NCBI GenBank assembly: GCA_965197415.1
Contig: OZ240207.1
Location: forward strand, 2,858,957 to 2,922,956
Direction: 5' to 3'
From: Dehalococcoidia bacterium
GTDB lineage: Bacteria > Chloroflexota > Dehalococcoidia > Lucifugimonadales > JAGWBF01
DNA: 64,000 nucleotides
The notes under the pieces are model-generated. The model ran no database searches and was not told where the DNA came from. It was given only the letters and a program-made list of their open reading frames with translations. Positions 1 to 7,288 of this stretch are shown here, in pieces; within the stretch, counting starts at the first letter, position 1; every line of letters starts with the position of its first letter. The translations under genes were made by a program, and so were the position numbers.

Positions 1-2
1 AC

Positions 3-206
3 ATGCGTACGGACCACTTCCTCGGCACGGGAGCCAAGACAGTCGGGGTGTCCTGCCCCTTCTGCCTCCAGATGATGACTGAAGGCATCCAGGCCAAGGG
101 CCATGAAGGTGAAAAGGAGGCCAAGGACCTCCTGGAAATCCTGGCTGACAGCCTGGAGCCCGAAGCCCTGGTGCCACAAAGCACAAACGTGGACAGCGAC
201 GCTTAG
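3..206 (+). CDS. C-terminal fragment of a cysteine-rich (CCG-domain) Fe-S oxidoreductase subunit, GlcF/HdrD/LutA-like; 5' end outside window
   Basis: ORF runs off the left edge. The translated 'VGVSCPFCLQMM' looks like the CCG cysteine motif of glycolate-oxidase/heterodisulfide-reductase-type Fe-S subunits. Confidence 0.45.
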   Translation: MRTDHFLGTGAKTVGVSCPFCLQMMTEGIQAKGHEGEKEAKDLLEILADSLEPEALVPQSTNVDSDA

Positions 207-245
207 CCTACAACCTATGAATTCAGACTTAACAGGCGGTTAGAT

Positions 246-959
246 TTGAACAACCTCATGATTTGGGCCCGCGGGGTCAACAAGACGTACAGCACAGGCG
301 CAGTCCAGGTGCACGCCCTTAGAGGCGTTGACCTGGACGTCCGTCAGGGCGAGATGGTGGCTGTGATGGGTCCCAGCGGATGCGGCAAGACTACTCTGCT
401 CAACTGCCTCTCAGGACTGGACGAGGTGGACTCCGGGGAGATACGGGTCGAGAACACGGAACTGCATAGCCTGCCCGATGACGAGCGGAGCGACTACCGC
501 GCCCGCAGGATGGGATTCGTGTTTCAGCTGTACAACCTGCTTCCCGTGTTGAGCGCAGTGGAAAATGTCGAGATGCCCCTGTTGGTGTCAGGGACCAAGC
601 CTGGCGAGGCGCGGAGCCGCAGCATGGAAATCCTGGACGTCGTGGGCCTCTCGGACAGGGCCCACCACCTGCCCGGAGAGTTGTCAGGGGGCCAGCGTCA
701 ACGCGTGACCATTGCCAGGGCCCTGGTGAACCAGCCGACCATAATCTGGGCCGACGAGCCCACAGGAGACCTGGACAGCGAGACTGCCGAAGAGATAATT
801 CAACTGATGCGCGACCTGAACCGGCAGAACGGCCAGACCTTTGTTGTAGTCACCCACGACGACTACGTCGGAAGCTGCACCGACCGCATCATCCGAATGC
901 GGGACGGCCAGGTCGTGGACTACGGCGACGGCTCCGGCCCGGCAGACGGGCGGGCGTAG
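246..959 (+). CDS. ABC transporter ATP-binding protein (LolD/MacB/FtsE-like stand-alone ATPase)
   Basis: Walker [10 protein letters not shown], signature [15 protein letters not shown] and Walker [13 protein letters not shown]. Start uncertain (TTG 246 or ATG 258). No permease gene follows. Confidence 0.9.
   Translation: MNNLMIWARGVNKTYSTGAVQVHALRGVDLDVRQGEMVAVMGPSGCGKTTLLNCLSGLDEVDSGEIRVENTELHSLPDDERSDYRARRMGFVFQLYNLLPVLSAVENVEMPLLVSGTKPGEARSRSMEILDVVGLSDRAHHLPGELSGGQRQRVTIARALVNQPTIIWADEPTGDLDSETAEEIIQLMRDLNRQNGQTFVVVTHDDYVGSCTDRIIRMRDGQVVDYGDGSGPADGRA
716..958. repeat. Copy 1 of a 243-bp direct repeat (3' end of the ABC ATPase gene)
   Basis: Hand alignment of 716-958 against 1410-1652 (offset 694 bp). 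Identical except g936 vs a1630. Confidence 0.95.
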
Positions 960-960
960 C

Positions 961-1386
961 CTATCCGGAGTCGTCTGCGCCGGCCTCTTCCCTCTTGAGC
1001 TGCACCAAGCTGAGAACCCCGGACCCGATCAGGCCTAGGCCGCCGATGAGTGTGATGTAGGCGCCCGCTCCTATATAGCCGGGGACATCGGTCCGAGCCA
1101 TAAAGACCAGCGCAGCGATGGTTGTGGCAGCGCCTAGCAATAAAATCGCTATGGCTATCCACATGGGGCGCACCAGCTCGGAGCTGCCATAAAAACGCCA
1201 GCCGAGCGCCAGCAAGGCTGCCAGGCCCGCAGCAAAAACGGCCTTCCCCTCACTTGCCCAGGTTCCGATGAGACCGACTGGTTGGGGTGATTCGTTAAAG
1301 GCTACAACCCAGGGAAGCAATGATCCAAGCACCGCCAGTGCCGCCGCCACGACGCCTATTGCCGTTGCTTGATGGTCTTCTCTCAT
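961..1386 (-). CDS. Small 4-TM membrane protein (141 aa), paralog of the N-terminal part of 1733..2386
   Basis: Internal ATG at 1386 is preceded by TAAGGAGG. Four hydrophobic segments. Shares GWR and IGAG.Y..L.G motifs with the neighbouring membrane protein. The longer 961..1668 ORF only extends antisense into the duplicated ABC fragment. Confidence 0.6.
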   Translation of the reverse strand: MREDHQATAIGVVAAALAVLGSLLPWVVAFNESPQPVGLIGTWASEGKAVFAAGLAALLALGWRFYGSSELVRPMWIAIAILLLGAATTIAALVFMARTDVPGYIGAGAYITLIGGLGLIGSGVLSLVQLKREEAGADDSG

Positions 1387-1409
1387 ACGACGCCTCCTTA
1401 ACCACATAG

Positions 1410-1653
1410 CAGGGCCCTGGTGAACCAGCCGACCATAATCTGGGCCGACGAGCCCACAGGAGACCTGGACAGCGAGACTGCCGAAGAGATAATTCAACTG
1501 ATGCGCGACCTGAACCGGCAGAACGGCCAGACCTTTGTTGTAGTCACCCACGACGACTACGTCGGAAGCTGCACCGACCGCATCATCCGAATGCGGGACG
1601 GCCAGGTCGTGGACTACGGCGACGGCTCCAGCCCGGCAGACGGGCGGGCGTAA
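1410..1653 (+). pseudogene. Duplicated 3' fragment of the ABC ATPase gene (last ~77 codons), no start or promoter of its own
   Basis: Copy 2 of the 243-bp repeat. The translation equals the C-terminus of 246..959 with one G->S change. Confidence 0.8.
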
Positions 1654-1732
1654 GCCGAGGCCACTCACTATTCCGAATCTTCCCTCTCTACCGATCCTAG
1701 ACCCTGTTTACACCGGTCCAGTGCGTCCGTCG

Positions 1733-2386
1733 TTAGAGACCAAGCAACTCTTTCTTCTTGGCATCGAACTCTTCCTGTGTGAGTACGCCTCTCTCCAGGA
1801 GGCCAGCCAGCTTGTCTATCTCGTCGGCTGCGGACCCAGGTTGGCTTGCTTCAGGTGTCGAGGCCGCAGCGGAAGTTTTGGCTTCGTCGGTAGAACCTCT
1901 AGCCGTGTTGACGAGTTCAACAATGCTAGGAACGGCGGACGCAATCAACATTAGGGACCCGACTAGACCAAGGTAAATCCCCGCTCCTATGGATAATGCA
2001 CCGCCGGACTCGTCGGCTAATCCGTTCAAGTCGACCCATTTCAGGATAACAGCGATCAATATGGCGATTCCCGCCAACGAAACAGCTCTGTCAACCCATG
2101 CCCAGTGGGGGGATCCTCGGCTAGTAGAGGCGATGCCCAGATACGATGCAGCCTTGTCCAGCCAGGGGGCCGTCTCTTGAGTCTCGCCGATAAGGTGACG
2201 CCACCCAATCACCACTAAGGATAATATGGCGAAGGCAAGAACGACCTCTCCCTCTGCAAAGTCCATCCCCGTGGCCGATTCGTCGTACGCAGCGACGGTG
2301 GCCCACGCGACCAACGCCCCTATCAGAGCGAGCAGTCCTCCAAGGGCTCCGAGACCTCTCCATACCAGCGGATTGATTCCAGACAT
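1733..2386 (-). CDS. Membrane protein with C-terminal SHOCT domain
   Basis: Multiple TM segments. The C-terminal 'IDKLAGLLERGVLTQEEFDAKKKELLG' is a typical SHOCT motif. SD AAGGAGG lies upstream of the ATG. Confidence 0.7.
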   Translation of the reverse strand: MSGINPLVWRGLGALGGLLALIGALVAWATVAAYDESATGMDFAEGEVVLAFAILSLVVIGWRHLIGETQETAPWLDKAASYLGIASTSRGSPHWAWVDRAVSLAGIAILIAVILKWVDLNGLADESGGALSIGAGIYLGLVGSLMLIASAVPSIVELVNTARGSTDEAKTSAAASTPEASQPGSAADEIDKLAGLLERGVLTQEEFDAKKKELLGL

Positions 2387-2700
2387 GCGTAGCCTCCTTG
2401 ACCACGTAATATCCTGCAGGCGCCTGCCTGCACTGACACTGGCCTAAAGGCCACACCGCTTTGCGGCGTGCGTGCGCATTACAGCACAGCTTAGTTGCAA
2501 TGCGCAAGTTTCCTTTTCATTCGGAATTTTCCAAACTGTCTTTCCCGTGGAAATATGCCGAAACGTCCCGTTCGCCTCTGGCGGGAGAAGGTTGGGCCGG
2601 CCCTGAGCTTGCCGAAAGGATGAGGGGGAACCTAGGACTGTCAGACAGCGCAACAGATAGCATGTGAGATTAGGAGGACCTTAGACCGGAATCCCCTGAG

Positions 2701-4038
2701 TTAAAGCTGAGGGAGGTACCGCTTGATCTCGTAGTCGGTGATTTGAGTGCGGAACTCGTTCCACTCAAGCTTTTTGTTCTCCAGGAACACCCTGAATACG
2801 TGGTCTCCGAGAGTCTCCTGGAGCAGTTCGCTGTTCTCGGCTAGCTTGATGGCCTCATGCAGGCTGCCCGGCAGAGCGGCTATCCCCCTGGCGGCTCTGG
2901 TCTCCTCGGACATGTCGAATACGTTCTCCTCGGTGGGCGGGGGAACTTCGTATTCGTTCTCGATTCCCTTGAGACCGGCCGCCAGCATCACGCTGAAGGC
3001 AAGGTAGGGGTTGCACGCCGGGTCGGGCGCACGGTACTCGATGTGCACCGAGTCCTGGCGTCCAGGTCTGTAGGAGGGGACGCGTATCAGGTCGGAACGG
3101 TTCTTCATCGCCCACGATATGTACATCGGCGCTTCGTGGCCTGGCGTCAACCTTTTGTAAGAGTTCACCCATTGGTTGGTCACCAAAGTGATCTCCGGTG
3201 CGTGGCGCAGCAGGCCAGCTGTGTAGAGCCGGCCGATTTGGGACAACTCCCCTGGGTTGTTCCGGTCAAAGAAGGAGTTGGAGTCCCCCTGGAAAAGGGA
3301 CTGGTGTACGTGCATTCCCGAACCGTTGACCCCTGGCAGCGGCTTCGGCATGAAGGTGGCGTAGACGTTGTTCTGGGAGGCCACCTCTTTTATGACCAGC
3401 TTGCTGGTGGTGACGTTGTCCGCCATAGTGATGGCATCGGTGTACTGAAGGTCGATTTCATGCTGTCCCGGCGCCGCTTCATGGTGGGAATACTTGACCG
3501 GAATTCCCATTTCGGCCAATGTCAGGACCGTCTCGCGCCGCAGGTCAGTTCCCAGTTCCATCGACAATTGGTCGAAATAGCCGCCTTTGTCGATGGCCTT
3601 GGGGTCTTCGGTTCCCGTGAGATAGAAGTATTCGAACTCCGGGCCAACGTAGTAAGTGAACCCGAGGTTGGATGCCTTCCTCACGTTCCTCTTAAGGACG
3701 AATCTTGGGTCTCCCTCGAACGGATCGCCAGTGGGCTTGTGTATGTCGCAGAACATCCTCGCCACCGAGTTCTGACGAGGCCGCCAACTGAGTATGCGGA
3801 ACGTGGTTGGGTCGGGTCGGGCCACCATGTCGCTTTCGTCTATGCGAACGAAACCCTCGATGGACGAGCCATCAAACGCAACCCCTTGCTCCAGGGCATC
3901 CTCAAGCTCCTCCACGGTGATGGCGAAACCCTTAAGGGCGCCCAGGATGTCGCAGAACCAGAGCCGGATGAACTTTACGTCGTTCTCCCGCGCAGTCCTG
4001 AGGACAAACTCTTTCGCTTCATCTTCGGCCCAAGTCAT
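2701..4038 (-). CDS. glnA: Glutamine synthetase type I, alpha-like form (445 aa, no adenylylation Tyr)
   Basis: Full-length GS-I-like translation (FDGSSIEGF, MPKPLPGVNGSGMHVHQS, NSYKRL, RAPDPACNPYL). The position of the adenylylation motif reads NVFDMS (Phe, not Tyr). Confidence 0.93.
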   Translation of the reverse strand: MTWAEDEAKEFVLRTARENDVKFIRLWFCDILGALKGFAITVEELEDALEQGVAFDGSSIEGFVRIDESDMVARPDPTTFRILSWRPRQNSVARMFCDIHKPTGDPFEGDPRFVLKRNVRKASNLGFTYYVGPEFEYFYLTGTEDPKAIDKGGYFDQLSMELGTDLRRETVLTLAEMGIPVKYSHHEAAPGQHEIDLQYTDAITMADNVTTSKLVIKEVASQNNVYATFMPKPLPGVNGSGMHVHQSLFQGDSNSFFDRNNPGELSQIGRLYTAGLLRHAPEITLVTNQWVNSYKRLTPGHEAPMYISWAMKNRSDLIRVPSYRPGRQDSVHIEYRAPDPACNPYLAFSVMLAAGLKGIENEYEVPPPTEENVFDMSEETRAARGIAALPGSLHEAIKLAENSELLQETLGDHVFRVFLENKKLEWNEFRTQITDYEIKRYLPQL

Positions 4039-4117
4039 AACCGATTCTCCGGTAGAGGTCTCCGATTGGGGAATATTGGGTTACGTATCGAGGATTGGCC
4101 GTCGCCAGGGATAAAGT

Positions 4118-4156
4118 GCGGCAGGCTTGGGATTAGGACCCCGTAGGGCCTGCCGC
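4118..4156 (-). terminator. GC-rich hairpin downstream of the 474-aa glnA (9-bp stem GCGGCAGGC/GCCTGCCGC)
   Basis: Perfect 9-bp inverted repeat at 4118-4126 / 4148-4156. On the minus strand it is followed by ACTTTATCC. It lies about 50 nt past the upstream gene's stop. Confidence 0.4.
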
Positions 4157-4160
4157 AACG

Positions 4161-4189
4161 ATTCTATTGACTGGCGCAGGTCGTGTCAA
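4161..4189 (-). promoter_or_regulatory. Sigma70-type promoter candidate for the 445-aa glnA
   Basis: The minus strand reads TTGACA (4189-4184), a 17-nt spacer, then TAGAAT (4166-4161). Confidence 0.5.
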
Positions 4190-4207
4190 TTTGGACGCCG
4201 AGTCGGG

Positions 4208-5632
4208 CTAGGCGTCGAAGTACATGAAGAACTCATACGGGTGGGGCCGTAGCCTGATGTTGTCCAGGTCGCCCTTCTTGTAGTCCAACCAGGTTTCAAT
4301 CAGGTCCTCGGTGAACACGCCGCCCCGCAACAGGAACTCGTAGTCGTTCTCCAGCGATGCCAGGGCCTCGTCCAAAGAGCCGGGCACCTGCCGTATCTTG
4401 GCAAGCTCTTCGGGCGGCAACTCATACAAGTTCTGGTCCACGGGGTCGGGCGGCTCTATTTCGTTTATGACTCCGTCGATCCCCGCCATCAGCATAGCCG
4501 AGAACGCTACATATGGGTTGCAGGCGGGGTCGGGTGCGCGGAACTCCAGCCTTCGGGCTGCCGGACTGGCAGAGTAGGTCGGGATGCGGATGCACGCCGA
4601 GCGGTTCCGCACGGAGTAGACCAGGTTCACGGGAGCCTCGAAACCTGGCACCAGCCGCTTGTAGCTGTTGGTGGTCGGGGCTATGAAGGCCAGTAGAGCC
4701 GGGGCGTGCTGGAGCAGGCCGCCGATGTAATGGCGGCAGGTGGCGCTGAGCATAGCGTAGCCGTTGGCGTCGTAGAAGAGGTTCTGCCCTTCCCTCCAAA
4801 GACTCTGGTGGGTGTGCATTCCTGTGCCGTTGTCGCCGAACAGGGGTTTGGGCATGAAGGTCGCCACCTTGCCGTACCTGTGTGCAACGTTCTTGACCAC
4901 GTACTTGAGTATCGTGACGGTGTCCGCCATTTTGGTCAGGCTGTCGAAGCGGACGTCGATCTCAGCCTGTCCCGCCGTAGCGACCTCGTGGTGGTGTTTC
5001 TCGACGATGATGCCGAACCGCTCTATTTCCTGAACGGCCTCCGTGCGTATGTCCTGGAAGGTGTCGAACGGGGGCGTCGGGAAGTAGCCTTCCTTGTGGC
5101 GAGGCCTGTAGGCCAGGTTGCGGCCACCGTCCACTGTACCGGGCTGGCCTGAGTTCCATATCCCTTCATCCGAATCGATGAAGTAGTAGCCTTCATTGCT
5201 GGTCTGGTTGAACCTGGCCGAGTCGAAGATGAAGAACTCCGGTTCCGGCCCCCAGTAGCTTACGTCGGCAATGCCGGAACTCTTGAGGTACTCCTCCGCC
5301 TTGTGGGCGACGTTGCGCGGGTCCCGGGTGAAGGTGTCCCGCGTCACCGGGTCCAGGATGTCGCAAATCATGGTCAAGGTCGGCGCCTTGAAGAAGGGGT
5401 CCATGTTGGCGGTGGTCGTGTCGGGGATGAGAAGCATGTCGCTCTCGTCGATGGACTTGAAGCCGCGAATGCTGGACCCGTCGAACCCGTAACCCTCAGC
5501 CAGGTTGTCCTCGCTAAGCTCGCTCAAGGGAATGGAGACGTGCTGGAAGGTGCCCGGCAGGTCCGTGAACTTCAGGTCGATGATCCCTATCTTGTTGTCT
5601 TTGGCGTGTCTAACAACTTCTTCCGGGGTCAT
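4208..5632 (-). CDS. glnA: Glutamine synthetase type I, beta-like form (474 aa) with adenylylation-site motif
   Basis: GS-I motifs (FDGSSIRGF, MPKPLFGDNGTGMHTHQS, NSYKRL, RAPDPACNPYV). 'DQNLYELPPEE' matches the NLYDLP adenylylation loop of GSI-beta. Confidence 0.95.
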   Translation of the reverse strand: MTPEEVVRHAKDNKIGIIDLKFTDLPGTFQHVSIPLSELSEDNLAEGYGFDGSSIRGFKSIDESDMLLIPDTTTANMDPFFKAPTLTMICDILDPVTRDTFTRDPRNVAHKAEEYLKSSGIADVSYWGPEPEFFIFDSARFNQTSNEGYYFIDSDEGIWNSGQPGTVDGGRNLAYRPRHKEGYFPTPPFDTFQDIRTEAVQEIERFGIIVEKHHHEVATAGQAEIDVRFDSLTKMADTVTILKYVVKNVAHRYGKVATFMPKPLFGDNGTGMHTHQSLWREGQNLFYDANGYAMLSATCRHYIGGLLQHAPALLAFIAPTTNSYKRLVPGFEAPVNLVYSVRNRSACIRIPTYSASPAARRLEFRAPDPACNPYVAFSAMLMAGIDGVINEIEPPDPVDQNLYELPPEELAKIRQVPGSLDEALASLENDYEFLLRGGVFTEDLIETWLDYKKGDLDNIRLRPHPYEFFMYFDA

Positions 5633-5703
5633 TGAAGGTTCCCTCCTGTTGGATTTGCTTTCCGATATAGGGCATTTTGGAACAGGACCGTCCCCAGGGG
5701 CGT

Positions 5704-6957
5704 CTATTCCTCTTCATCCCCCGACCCTCCGGCGATGCCCACTATGGACTCGTCGATGGGGACGTAGGCTTCCTCTCCATGCTGAGACAGGTCCAACCCC
5801 TCTTCCTCTTGGGACTCATCGGCCCTGATGCCGAGGGTGTACTTGATGGCGACGAGTATCACGGCGGTGGTGACCAGCGCCCATCCCCAGGTGGCGCCTA
5901 TTCCAGCCAACTGGTACAGGACCTGCTCCCCTCGGGTGACGCCTTCCGCCAGTCCTCCAAACCCTATTCCTACGAATAGGCCGGTTGCCAAGGCGCCCCA
6001 AGTGCCTCCCATTCCGTGGACGCCCCAGACGGCCAGAGCATCGTCAACCTTGAGTTTCAGCAAAAGCTCGACGGCGCCATAACAGATGACCCCCGCGCCC
6101 AGGCCGATGATTATGGCGGGCATGGGTCCGACGAAACCTGCGGCGGGCGTGATGGCTACCAGCCCGGCGACGGCCCCGGAAGCCGCTCCCACCAGGCTGG
6201 GCTTCTTTCCGAATATCCAGGACATGCCCACCCACGCGCACATCGCCATAGCCGTGGCGGTGTTGGTGGCCACGAATGCGTTGACCGCCGTGCCGTTGGC
6301 GGCCAGGGCGCTCCCGGCGTTGAACCCGAACCACCCGAACCAGAGCAAAGCGGCTCCTAGCACTATCATCGGAACGTTGTGGGGAGTCATCGGCCGTTGG
6401 CCGAACCCGATGCGCGGCCCAATGACGAACGCCGCCACCAGGGCTGCCACGCCAGCGTTGATGTGGACGACGGTGCCGCCCGCAAAGTCTAGGGCTCCAA
6501 GCTGGAAGAGCCATCCGTCGCCGTGCCATACCCAGTGGGCCACAGGAGCGTATACGATGGTCACCCACAGTATGGTGAAGATCACGAAGGCGCTGAATTT
6601 CATACGCTCGGCGAATGCGCCGGTTATCAGGGCGGGCGTGATTATGGCGAACATGGCTTGGAAAATCATGAACGCCTGGTCGGGTATGTTTCCGCCTTCT
6701 TCGGCGCTGACTCCGTTGAGTCCGAACAATTTCAGGTTTCCGATAAAACCGCCAATGTCATTGCCGAAGGCCAGGCTGTATCCCCACAGCACCCAGACTA
6801 CGCCCACGATGCCGATGGTCATGAAGCTGTACATTATGGTGGACAGGACATTCTTTTGGCGCGACAAGCCGCCGTAGAAGAATGCCAGCCCGGGCGTCAT
6901 AAGAAGCACCAGAGCCGATGACGTTAGGACCCATGCTGTATCTCCTGAGTCAATCAT
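5704..6957 (-). CDS. amt: Ammonium transporter (Amt family), 417 aa
   Basis: N-terminal 'DTAWVLTSSALVLLMTPGLAFFYGG', 11-12 TM segments and a 'VHGMGGTWGAL' region. SD AGGAGG before the ATG. Confidence 0.93.
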   Translation of the reverse strand: MIDSGDTAWVLTSSALVLLMTPGLAFFYGGLSRQKNVLSTIMYSFMTIGIVGVVWVLWGYSLAFGNDIGGFIGNLKLFGLNGVSAEEGGNIPDQAFMIFQAMFAIITPALITGAFAERMKFSAFVIFTILWVTIVYAPVAHWVWHGDGWLFQLGALDFAGGTVVHINAGVAALVAAFVIGPRIGFGQRPMTPHNVPMIVLGAALLWFGWFGFNAGSALAANGTAVNAFVATNTATAMAMCAWVGMSWIFGKKPSLVGAASGAVAGLVAITPAAGFVGPMPAIIIGLGAGVICYGAVELLLKLKVDDALAVWGVHGMGGTWGALATGLFVGIGFGGLAEGVTRGEQVLYQLAGIGATWGWALVTTAVILVAIKYTLGIRADESQEEEGLDLSQHGEEAYVPIDESIVGIAGGSGDEEE

Positions 6958-7010
6958 GACAGCCTAACCCTCCTTTCCGTGTTCCCCTTAATGTTTTTCT
7001 CCGACAAGCA

Positions 7011-7044
7011 ACCCAGTCCATACCCGCAGGGGCATGGACTGGGT
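7011..7044 (-). other. Strong hairpin between the 29-aa sORF and amt (11-bp perfect stem ACCCAGTCCAT/ATGGACTGGGT)
   Basis: Inverted repeat seen directly in the sequence. Only a weak U-run follows on the minus strand, so a terminator or attenuator role is unresolved. Confidence 0.4.
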
Positions 7045-7072
7045 CAACGTTGGACTTATCTTGGTTTGGGTG

Positions 7073-7162
7073 TTAGTTCTTCTGGGCAAACTTTCTCGGA
7101 AGCACAACCCACAACGCGAAGAGTCCTACGAACACGGCTCCCGCTAGAATTGCTGGCAACAT
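7073..7162 (-). CDS. Candidate 29-aa single-TM small protein (MLPAILAGAVFVGLFALWVVLPRKFAQKN)
   Basis: ATG at 7162 is preceded by GGAGG 7 nt upstream. One hydrophobic helix plus a basic tail. It sits between the two amt genes. There is no homology evidence. Confidence 0.3.
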   Translation of the reverse strand: MLPAILAGAVFVGLFALWVVLPRKFAQKN

Positions 7163-7205
7163 CTTTCCTCCATCTCTCCGCTGTCGTCTTGATATGCATT
7201 CTGAG

Positions 7206-7268
7206 GGCAATGTGTTTCGGACATTTTGCATCGATGTTAAATCTTTGTTACATCCGAAACACATTGCC
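7206..7268. promoter_or_regulatory. Perfect 16-bp inverted repeat with a 31-nt loop carrying phased TGTTAC-like hexamers
   Basis: GGCAATGTGTTTCGGA (7206-7221) pairs with TCCGAAACACATTGCC (7253-7268). Hexamers start at 7213, 7224, 7235 and 7246. TGTTA-N8-TTACA lies at 7235-7252. Confidence 0.5.
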
Positions 7269-7288
7269 TTGGTCTTGTTTCCGCTTGC

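Noticed and set aside
961-1668. 235-aa version of the small membrane protein ORF
   Set aside because: The N-terminal 94 codons are simply the reverse complement of the duplicated ABC ATPase fragment. The internal ATG at 1386, with TAAGGAGG, gives a coherent 141-aa 4-TM protein.
2857-4146. 429-aa plus-strand ORF
   Set aside because: It lies entirely antisense to the well-supported 445-aa glutamine synthetase gene. The translation is Arg/Gly/Val-rich with no motif. This is the typical shadow ORF of GC-rich DNA.
4039-4207. Glutamine riboswitch (glnA RNA motif) upstream of glnA
   Set aside because: I looked for the compact three-stem glnA motif in the 5' regions of both glnA genes and both amt genes. 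I could not recognise its conserved core from memory. The hairpin here is better explained as the upstream gene's terminator. An Infernal scan is needed to be sure.
7073-7264. 63-aa version of the sORF between the amt genes
   Set aside because: Its first 34 codons run through the 16-bp inverted repeat and have no SD. Only the internal ATG at 7162 has a ribosome-binding site.
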